This document shows, one piece after another, positions 54,229 through 64,000 of a stretch of DNA of 64,000 nt. A program made the position numbers and the translations under genes. The notes under the pieces were generated by a model. The model ran no database searches. It had not been told where the DNA came from and saw nothing but the letters and a program-made list of their open reading frames with translations. The stretch spans positions 1 to 64,000 of the forward strand of contig ADNK01002103.1 of the NCBI GenBank assembly GCA_000320545.1. Direction: 5' to 3'. This DNA comes from Bigelowiella natans CCMP2755 (Eukaryota; Protista; Cercozoa). Within the stretch, counting starts at the first letter, position 1; each line of letters starts with the position of its first letter.

Positions 54229-55261
54229 ATGCTAGTTTCTGATCCGGACTCCTTGAATTCGAAGCGCGTGGGCGGGAGCATCTTGAGACAAAAGCGACAG
54301 ATCACTCAGCGCATCGCCCGGCGCCCACTCGAGACAAAGGTGAATAGTAAGTCTTTTCGATCAGTGCTGCCCCCGCGAACAGAAGGTCTCGTGGAGACAG
54401 CTCGGACAGCAATAAGTAGGGCGAATCAAGCGAGTGTAAACAATAACAGCGTTGAAGCAGTAGAAGTATTAGACAGAGGGGGCACAGGAAGAGGACGGAG
54501 CGTCTCGCCTTGCCGCAAGGCCTGGGTTGCGAAATCAGTAGGGGAATTGTATATTAGCGATGAGGATAGTGATGAGGATTTCAATCCAATACTATATCGA
54601 AGACGACGGAAGAATGCCTCCTCGCTTTCCACGTCGACCTCGTTTTCGCGATTGATGTCCCCTGAGCTGCGAAGGAGAGGCTCTTTCCGGAGTGATTGGA
54701 AGACATCCGCATCAACTACCAAAAAGTAGTAACAGAGCTTGATTGAGAACACGAGAATACCGATCGAGTATAATAATAAATACATTGATAAGAGCGACGA
54801 AGTATTTGGAGCATGCACAGCTCACTCTATGTGAGATGCTTACTGTCTTTGTGAACGAATTAATTGTAGGAAAGAGAAGCCCAAGCTAAGACTGGAGCAA
54901 GTGTTGGCGAATCAGGAGACTGCCGGGTGGGTGAAATATGCATGATAACTACTACTGAGAGGCAGAGAAAAGTAGATGAAAGGAAGGCAAGAGGCTAAAT
55001 ATATGGAAAATACATAACACATGTAAGATAGAACGTCTGTATATTTTGTCAACGTGTATGCTTCCACACATATCATGACGCCATCTGCCACCTAATATGT
55101 CATTGTCATTACCAGCTTATTTAGAATGCATCTAGAAGGCGAATGGTCTGCAGGTGAGGATGGAAGAAACAAAAGAAGAGAAAGGAAAACGGGGGCGACA
55201 TAAAACTATTTCTCTCTTTCTCTCTTTCTCTCTCACTATGTTATGTGCATGCATATAAATA

Positions 55262-55298
<37 letters not shown>

Positions 55299-55710
55299 GA
55301 ACAGAAAACTTGGATTTCTATATGGCTGTCGATAGGTTGGTTGGCCTCTTTCGCATCACTCCCAACACCTTGAGCCCGCCGATATCATCTCATATCTTGA
55401 CAAATCGTTGTCGGCATCGCTTTCCATTATAATTTCTCTCTTTCCTCCTCTTCTGCTACCCTATTCCTATAGTTTTGAGGAGAAATATAAGGATAGCATT
55501 GTCAGTGTGCACTCGAAGACTCGACGGATGCGGCTCTTAAGGCATATGCAAAGGGAGGCCATGCGGATATATTCAACGTCATCAAGCACCAATCCTTATC
55601 CCTCATGAGCAACCCCCTCCCCTCCCTCGTCCTTCCATTACCTTGCTCTTTTATTTTGGAGCCCAATGCGAATCAGTATCTATGTGTGTGTGTGTGTGTG
55701 TGTAGGGAAG

Positions 55711-55748
<38 letters not shown>

Positions 55749-56797
55749 GTTATACTTCCCAAAAACAACAGCTTTTTCTAGAACGACATCAAGAAGCACC
55801 AACGATTTTCCTCCAGCGGCATTCAGTGGGTTCGTGGAACAAGAAGAACCGCTAGTTCGTAGTTCCACGGCCAGTCGCATACAGAGTGTTTTGGTTCCCT
55901 CTCGAGGGAGCTCACTGTTGACGTATTACGAATATTATCAGGTTCATCCCACCAGGAGCGCAGCGTGTAGTCAACATCAGCCACAAGCAACGCAAAACGA
56001 TCGAGCTCTACTTCGCAAGCCTCCATATGGCAAGCGCGGAAGTGGCGCCTGCTGAGCTTCTCTCGCCCGAGTCAAAGCTGCAGAACTCCATGCGCGTCCT
56101 TGATAAGTGCAAGAAGGCCCACATGATGCACAAAGATCTCAGTCCTGAAGCCTCCACCGCAACTATCGCCACCACATGTAGCAGTAATTCCAGTCCCCCT
56201 CAAAACCCGCTGCTGCAGCAGCAGCAGCAACAACAACAGCAAGCTAGAATAGCAACCACTATCTCGGATACCAAAGGGAAGCACGCCGCATTAGCAGCAT
56301 CTAAAGGCCCCAGTCAAGCTCCTTCTAATCCTCTGAGTGATGCAACTTCTAGCAGCAATGATAACAAGAAGGGACCAGGGAGGGAGATGACGTTGGAGAA
56401 AGCAAACAGCAAAAAGGGAGGTAGTGAGACAAGGAATTCTGCTTGTCAATCAGCCAGGAAAGGGAGTGGAAGCAGTAGCGACAAAAAGAAGAATAAGGAG
56501 AAAGATAAAACCACCGATGATTCAGCTACGCTCAACTCGCAGATCGAGGAGTGTCTCTTCTGTTTTCAGACGGCTAAACGTGAGGTATTCAAGCTCATGG
56601 CGAGCGATTCTTTCCAACGCTTTGTACGCGCACATCCAGAGGCTTGGGTGGCGGCACACGAGCCAGTTGAGAATTTCATCGCGGTCGATAAAGCAATCAG
56701 CGAGATCATCGTTGTTCCCCAAACTGCTGCGAAGTGGTCTTTCTGGTCTCGCCTCAAAGGATCTACTAAGATAGATGACGACAAAAATGTCAAATGA
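54229..56797 (+). CDS. RGS (regulator of G-protein signalling) domain protein
   Basis: LEQVLANQETAG/LFRMHLEGEWSA/ENLDFYMAVDR/...AMRIYS...VNISHKQRKTI...FQTAKREVFKLMASDSFQRF. These are canonical RGS motifs. The 5' end is approximate. Confidence 0.85.
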
Positions 56798-56819
56798 GTT
56801 ATCATTTGGAGACGCTAGG

Positions 56820-57430
56820 CATATGAGACTGTCAGTTCCAATGAAGATCTAGACCGTGCCTTGTTGTTAGAAGGGTTCAGAGCAAAGTACGATGTCCGAT
56901 GTGCTAGCTTGGATCAACCACGAGCACACACATCATCTAGATCATACTTTTGCCATGTATGTACGCAAGTACCATGCAAGGGAAGCATGTAATGGTACAG
57001 TTTGCCATGTTATGCCATGACGCTGATCATGCATGTGGAGCCAGGCTAGGAGGGCCATGTATCGCATTCATAGTGCACTGACCTTTGCAACTACAAGCTG
57101 TGATGAGATGCTCACAGATGGCTGCCATTTTAAGTCATCTGCTCGATTGTGGCGACATGCAACAGCAGCACAGCTAGCAGACAGCTTAAATAGTACGCAT
57201 ACGTCGCAATAATTTGCGTCAACTTAATGCGCTATTTCATGCGATGCTGTCTACAATGAGCGCTGCGAATGCTAATTCCGGCATGTATACGTATTTAAAT
57301 ATATATAATATATTCAGTTTTATACATAGTATAGTTTTCGATATATGTGGCTGGATACATGTAGCGATTGATGACCATTGAACAAATTTAATTGATTAAT
57401 TACATCCGTCTTACATGTAGCGATTGATTG
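56820..57430. other. Convergent intergenic zone 7
   Basis: Between RGS (+) and SSXT (-); contains copy E. Confidence 0.72.
57370..57417 (+). repeat. Conserved intergenic bipartite element, copy E (core only)
   Basis: GATGACCATTGAA-N18-TACATCCGTCTTACATG, near-identical to copy B. Confidence 0.92.
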
Positions 57431-57607
57431 ATACGACATTTAGAGATAGTATATTCTCCATGCGAAGATTACTAAATCATGGAAATTGCATGCAGACGAA
57501 GAAGGACATGAATAATGAAGGACATAAATAATAAACAAATCTGGATAAGATCTTCTGAGAGTCATCGCCGGACCGTGTTGTTAACTTCTCCCTTTGTGAA
57601 CCTGTTG

Positions 57608-58096
57608 TCATCTTCTCTCTTCTCTCTTCTTCCTCGGATCTACGTCTGAATCAAACACAAAAAATAAGTCAGTGTTAGTAAGATGAGTCCCGAGTTGTTT
57701 TGATTGCATGGAACTGTGTCAAAGTAGAGAACAGTCCCTCACCTGCTATTGTGGCCAAGTAAATCAGATTCTGCTGCAACTTCATTTGATAGCTGTAAAG
57801 ATATGAGCAAGAAGTTAGAAAGTAAAAGCAAAAGCCGAAAGTAGAAAGGCTTACGAGCTAGCTTCGTTCGTCTTTCCCTGGCTTTGGTGTTCATATATTG
57901 CTCGGAGTAGAATGTCATTTTCGTGCAAGTACTGAAATTAAGAAAGGAAGAAAAAGAAATTGGAGCAAGTGGTGATGAGAATTGAATATCCTGCTTAAAG
58001 AATCTATCTCACCTTCTCAACTAGATCTGATGTCAGTTGCTGCTGGAGTCTCTGAGAGGGCTGTTGTACCCTCTTTGATGGCTTTTGAGTAGACAT
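57608..58096 (-). CDS. SSXT-domain protein (SS18/GRF-interacting factor-like), 4 exons, ~82 aa
   Basis: MSTQKPSKRVQQPSQRLQQQLTSDLVEK/YLHENDILLRAIYEHQSQGKTNEASS/YQMKLQQNLIYLATIA/DVDPRKKREERR* matches the SSXT consensus (YLDEN..LI..I.E.Q..GK..E...YQ..L..NL.YLA.IAD). Confidence 0.88.
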
Positions 58097-58584
58097 TTCT
58101 GGGAAGACGGCGTATGTGCCGAAGGATAATTCTATATAAAACGATCTGCCACCCACGAAAACAAGGCTCTAAAATACTATTCATCCAACGGAGAAGAGAG
58201 TAGCAAAGAAAAAGCAAGAACCTAAGATCCACGTATGAACCGAAGAGGTGGGGCAAGTGTTGGTGGTGGTAACAATCGCCTCTCCAAACGTCTTTTTTGT
58301 GAAACACTTCACTAGATAAGAAATCGTGCTGAATATATCGATTAATTTCTTCAAGTACTTCCCACAATAATAAACATCGTAAAGGTCCCGCTCTTTCAAA
58401 AGGTTGACTCTTTTTAGATGTTTTCGGGGATGAGATTTGACATGGGAGCAACTCGAATTCCAGTTTTCTCACAGGCGTCAATGTTCTTACCTTTGTCGCA
58501 CAACAAACATTATTGGGGGTTTTCGCCCAATGGCGTCGGAAATTATATTTCTTCAAAAATGGATGCAGATTATGGATCTGCGAC

Positions 58585-59745
58585 ATGGATTCCGGTGCCG
58601 GAACAAAACCCAAATCGGGGGTGGAGACGTGTGTAGGTACCCCACCGCTACCTCCAACAAAGCCCCCCTGAAAAAATTGTAATCCTCCCCCTGTAATCGC
58701 TAGGCCTCGCTGCACCGTAACTTCAATGTCGGCGATGGAATTATACGAGAAAAATGTGAGTGCTATATTTTCTTGCCAATTCTATGTTCCCCTCCCCCTC
58801 CCCCATGGGTCATTCGGAGAAGCGACGTGTCATCGTGCAAAAGTTGCTTTTAGCGAAATCATCGACGTCTTCAAACGTATGTTGGATACTATAAGAGAGA
58901 CAATTTATATTGGTCAGGTTTCAGAGCAGATAATGCATCTTTTTGCGCCGTTGAAGAAGTACGTCACTCATCAACCGCTCCTGTCATATTTAAACCTAAC
59001 GATTTCTAACTCATCATTAGAAATACCAAGGACGATATTATAGATGATCTCAAGAAGATGCGGGACCGCGATGAGTCTATCGGATGTCTTCCAACAGTTT
59101 ACATTACAGCTGGAATAGCTCCGGGTTTCGATACACGTGAATACGACGAGACAGCACCAACTCCTCTTGCTTCAATGATCTAATTTCGCTTTGCACGTTG
59201 GGTCTTATAGTGACCGAAGAAGAAATTTTGAACTCGCGCAAATTTGAACAGCATCTCATATCGTTGACATCATCATCTTGAAACACTAATTTACTACACT
59301 ATTAAACCACTAGAGCTGTCGGCGGAGCTGAAGAGATTACGTGCAGAAAATTCTGCCCTGCGCGATCAGGTAATAAAGAAGAGTGCAACGAACTTCCTCA
59401 AACTAAACTCACCTCATGGTGCCTTCATTCTCTTTTGTACACACTCACCTGGAGAGTGACGATATGTTTATTTTGTGCATCCCTCACAATGTGTCTGCCT
59501 CTTTTCACTTCACCAGCTCAAGGGCCACGGATTCCTTCCCGTTGTGAGCGAAGACCGACACAAAGTCCTAACATTTGAAGGGAAAGAAGGGCGCACATCT
59601 AAGGGATCGAAGCTCAAGAAAATTTCATCGTAAGCAAAAACTAACGAGATGAAGACCTTGACTTCCTCTTTTCTTTCCTTCACTCCCTCCATCCTCTTCT
59701 ACACCCTCTTCTTTCTCATCTTCCTCCATGCTCTGCTGAATTGAA

Positions 59746-59802
<57 letters not shown>

Positions 59803-60223
59803 ATTTTAATGCATGACCACATAGGTTCCATAAGCTTCCAGAAATCAAGGTTGCCTCTCACCTTGAAATACAGCATATTCGAGAGGGTTTTGAGATGGGA
59901 TGGAGCAGGCAGGCGATCGTCATGAGATCAGATTGCTCCGTCTCTTTTGCTGTCATTTCCTGTTTCTTATCTTATTATACAACTCAGACACCGATGCTAG
60001 CTGCGCAGACGACTCAAAAGATACCTCCCCTCGATTGGAAGACGATGGACAGTGATTTCCCATCGGACAGCAGTGGCCAAACCGTTGAGATTGAGATCGT
60101 CAAGCATCTGCAGCAAGGTTCTCTGTAGGACACCCATTATTTGTTAGACGTGAAAAGCACTTTAATCCAATCATTTTGACTCTTAAATCTTCTGCTCTAT
60201 TACTGTTTTAGTACTATCATCAC

Positions 60224-60258
<35 letters not shown>

Positions 60259-61318
60259 CAATTAGGGACCGGACTCTTGAAGAAAATGCGTTGGAGCGCT
60301 CCCAAAATACGAGTTTTCAGGCTATCGAAAAATATGCAGTATCTTCAAAGAGAAAGCCTCAACTTTCTCTCCTTTGCGCCCACTAGAATACATCTCAACC
60401 ACATCACAGCCATGGAGGTAGACACCAGAGAAACAAATGATTTTCAACTCTACCTCTTTCACCTTGCCTTCTCCTTCAAGCCCAGCTTACCCGATATTAA
60501 CCTCTGATGATGATTAAATCGACGAAGAAAATTATATTTGATTGGAATCAATTGAATGTATTTTTCTTTACACAGCATCGAACATCAAGCACCACCGATC
60601 CAGAGCTCGCGGAGGCAGGCTTCTGCATATTCTATGATCTCACGTAATAATCCCAAAAACACATTTCAATTCGTCAGAAATCAGAGTAAGGTTGCATGGA
60701 AATCATATATGACTGTGGTGTTTGGATATGTGGTTATCTGCGATAATATTCTGTATATCGCAGTGGTAGGAGGCAAAGAGGTAGCTGGTTCGATCTTGTC
60801 GCACCTACCGCAGCAGATTATATACTTTGGACAAAAGGTTATTGCTTCGTGATAGTTTTAGTAGTTGTTTTTGTTGCATTGGTTGTGCTGTTAGGCATTA
60901 CTATAGCAACAGAACATACGGTTATGAAGATAGCGGGTTGGAGTAGTATCCATCACAATCCTCACTTTTAATTTCTTTCCATCATGATGTCTAACACTGC
61001 TTACGATTTCCCTTTTCCCCGACCCTCTCAAAATGCTAGGTTTGCAGCTTGTTCTTGAACATCGTGCAAAATCGACTTCGACAGGGGCCAAACTCAAAGC
61101 TGGTGGGAATGCAGAGCACTTGTGTATCCATATATACATATTTCATATACGCAAACCCGCACATTTACTTACAAAGTTATAAAAAATATATATATTTATA
61201 CTTCTTCATTTATGTATTTATATCTTCAGAGCTTCTGGAGCTTACTCTGAAGATTCCTGTCACATCGATTAATCATTGGTCTGTAATAATTAGTAGTAGG
61301 CATTTTTGTTCTCTCTCT

Positions 61319-61366
<48 letters not shown>

Positions 61367-61498
61367 AATTCATTTCCTATTTTGTGTCAACAGGTACGTC
61401 CACCACTTTCCAAATGGATGTATGACCGATGGAGAAGAGTCATTATAGCACAACGTTATGCACAACGTTATGCACAACGTTATAGCACAACGTTATAG
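58585..61498 (+). CDS. Multi-exon hypothetical protein with short coiled coil
   Basis: Plus-strand exons with AG/GT boundaries, e.g. ELSAELKRLRAENSALRDQ/LKGHGFLPVVSEDRHK. Both ends uncertain. Confidence 0.5.
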
Positions 61499-61521
61499 CA
61501 CAACGTTATAGCACAACGTTA
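61443..61521 (+). repeat. 12-13 bp minisatellite (GCACAACGTTAT[A]) x6
   Basis: Direct tandem copies visible in sequence. Confidence 0.95.
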
Positions 61522-61629
61522 GGCTGTTAGATTACTTTACACTATTACAATACTAAATTACACGACTACTATATTTATATCTCGACAATGATTCACTATA
61601 CCATTATTGATTCCGATTCCTATTAGAAT

Positions 61630-62670
61630 TAATTAGTATGCACGCACAAGTTTGTGCGTGCATGACTATAGTACATTCTACAAATTAGCATGTATTAATA
61701 TTACTCAATTATTCAAGCATCCATCACTTGCATTTTGAGCTGTGTGCGTTAAATTGCACTACTAGATGTTACATAGCAGAGCGAGACTAACTTGCTGGTG
61801 CTTACTCTAAAATCAAACCTAATCTCATGACCATAGTAAGCACATCGCAATGTGGATCGCAATTGTTTGTAAGACGGATGTAATCAATCAAATTAAATTT
61901 GTTCAATGGTCATCCTCATGTAGCAGCGCTACTGTTGAATTTGTTGGTCTCCGCTATGATTTGTTTCATGCAATCAAACGTATGTTGTTTCGGTCTTGAA
62001 TGGCGCGCATTTCGCGCAGTTGTTTGTGATGCGTGCATCTCACATTTGCAGCTGCTGCGGTGCAAAAATTCTGCGCTGTTGCCGCATTCTAGCATTGGCA
62101 GATGTCACATGCTTTTGATTGTGAGATTCACATGCAACTTCTGTTCTTTGGGAGCTGAGCTTGTTAATTGTGATGACACCAAACGACAATTGTCTGTCAC
62201 AACGCCTGCAGCTTTGTGCATGCATGCTGAACTCGCATGAGCGACGAAGTCCTGCTAGTGTCAATTGAAAGGCACACTTCGTCAGGTTGCAATGAACTAG
62301 TGAATGAAAAGACATCGTGATTGAACAAAATCGTAACAATCTGTTCATGCTGTTCACTACAAAACTAAGGGTTTGCATCATTGCACAACAAATTGCTAGC
62401 TAGCTAGCCTCTCCTCTTCAACACACAGAGAATAAGGTTCCTTGTGTCGCCACGAAGCATTGCTTCAAGTTTAGTCCCGACAGGGCACAGCGCATGATGC
62501 CGAGCAAGTTGCGCATGAAAAACATATGTGCGCATTACAACATTGAGAACAAGAGCACATAGTTGTAATCTCATAGTGATGACATGCAATGTACGTATGT
62601 TGTCTAGTTGCACATTGCACACTTCCGCCAGTCGCATCTTGAACAGAAATTCCAACTTTTGATCCACCAG
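61630..62670. other. Convergent intergenic zone 8
   Basis: Between hypothetical (+) and the GTYPKGPK-repeat gene (-); contains copy F; TpA-poor. Confidence 0.72.
61868..61931 (-). repeat. Conserved intergenic bipartite element, copy F
   Basis: Reverse complement reads tagcgctgctacatgaGGATGACCATTGAA-N19-TACATCCGTCTTACA. Confidence 0.92.
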
Positions 62671-62678
62671 CTCTAGAG

Positions 62679-64000
62679 CTATTGCAGTCTAGATCCATCA
62701 TCATCAACCTCTGGTTTCTGGATCAATTTGTTTAATCGCCTCTTCTTTTTCGAAGCGATTGAACTTGAATATTTGGCGCAATTTTCATCGTTGGCAGTCA
62801 AAGGCTGCAAATCATAACAACTCAATTTTTACTCATTGGTCATTAATCAATGTCATCAACAACCGTGCTATGAGGCGTAGTTTTACGCTCACCCAGCACA
62901 CCAGCCTCTCTTGCCCTGTGTAGAAGACTGTAATAAACACAGTTTTCTTTGTTTGCCTGTAAGAAATCATATCAATTTGAAATACGTCAACCCATGAGCC
63001 TTTGAAATATGTTGAAGTGAGGTTTTTCGAATTTTATCATTAGGTTACATTCAGTTATTCAGCATCAAAAACCTTCTTATGTTCAACAGCAGAATCTTGC
63101 CTTTCATTTATTTCACTTTCGCTAAGGTTCGGGATGAGTTTCAGGGCGAGTTTCTGTCCTAGGATGTTGAGTCTTGGACGCGAGTTTGTGCTAGCTCTCT
63201 CTTCTTCAACGGAATAAGGTTCGTCAGTTCCATCCTTGTCGGCTCTAAAATGAACCGAATCTTCGCAGCTCGAGCCATCATTACTTTGAGAATAACAGGC
63301 TGAATCCTCTTCACAGTTATCGGAAGGAACAGATACATCATCAACATCACTTTCTTTCTTGCAACTATTTGTCGTTTCTGACTTTCTCATTGAGGATGAC
63401 TTTTGGGAAATCCTGGCCTTAAGCCAGGCAAGATCATTTGCTTTTGGCCCCTTGGGATATGTTCCATAATATTGTTTATGAATGTCTTTCAATTTCTGGA
63501 GTTCGCTCTTCGAATGAGAGCACAAAGATCAATCAAACGATGAAGTATTCATTGAGGTCGAATAATGATACTGAATCCGTCACCTTCTCTCGTTCCGGTT
63601 CTTTCTTTTTTTCGTGTTGTAAGTTTGCACTGACTTCCACAGATTTAGTTTTCTGAATCGAAGAAGTTTCCTTCACTTGAGAAATTCTAGACTTCAGCCA
63701 TTCAATATCTTTTGCCTTTGGACCCTTTGGGTAGGTTCCAAAGCTGCACGTAAAAATCAAAAGGTAGCATCCACTTAAATAATATTCATTCATCAAGGGA
63801 AAACCTCATGATGATGGACATGTTGACATGCACTACATGATCTTGTGCTGTTCTTTGAGGCTAGATAGAAGATGAGGACAAGATCGCTGCTGTGGCATGA
63901 TGATTGGACGAGAGGTCAACGTAAACTTTATCCAAGTTTCTGTGATAGCAATGGCATTTGTTAAACAAGATCAATCAAGCGAAACATACTCCATAGTTCC
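62679..64000 (-). CDS. Hypothetical protein (3' part) with repeated GTYPKGPKAxDxxWLKxRISQ motif; runs off window end
   Basis: Two exons carry FGTYPKGPKAKDIEWLKSRISQ and YGTYPKGPKANDLAWLKARISQ. Probable last exon ...KKKRRLNKLIQKPEVDDDGSRLQ*. Confidence 0.55.

Noticed and set aside
58017-58715. 232-aa minus-strand ORF
   Set aside because: It overlaps the SSXT first exon in a different frame and spans the divergent promoter, with no recognisable domain. Likely a chance ORF.

Overview
Intron-rich, microsatellite-laden unicellular eukaryote DNA (protist-like; organism not identifiable from sequence alone). Manual exon stitching gives about 17 protein-coding genes. Recognisable ones: SRRM1/PWI, NDUFA3-like, LAMTOR2, BAG6, a secreted His1 LPMO-like membrane protein, an intronless methyltransferase fused to a linker-histone H15 domain, a UBL-UBA (UBAC1-like) protein, a DH-PH RhoGEF that apparently continues into a TOG/CLASP domain, an RGS protein and SS18/GIF. 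The most striking feature is architectural. Gene orientation alternates strictly (-,+,-,+...). Each of the 8 convergent (tail-to-tail) gaps is filled by a compositionally distinct CA/TG- and palindrome-rich zone, TpA-depleted where counted. Six of the 8 zones carry exactly one copy of a conserved bipartite 50-90 bp element (GGATGACCATTGAA-N17-19-TACATCCGTCTYAC), always in the same orientation relative to the nearest gene 3' end. Exon boundaries and several gene starts and ends are approximate. Family assignments are from recalled motifs; no database search was run.
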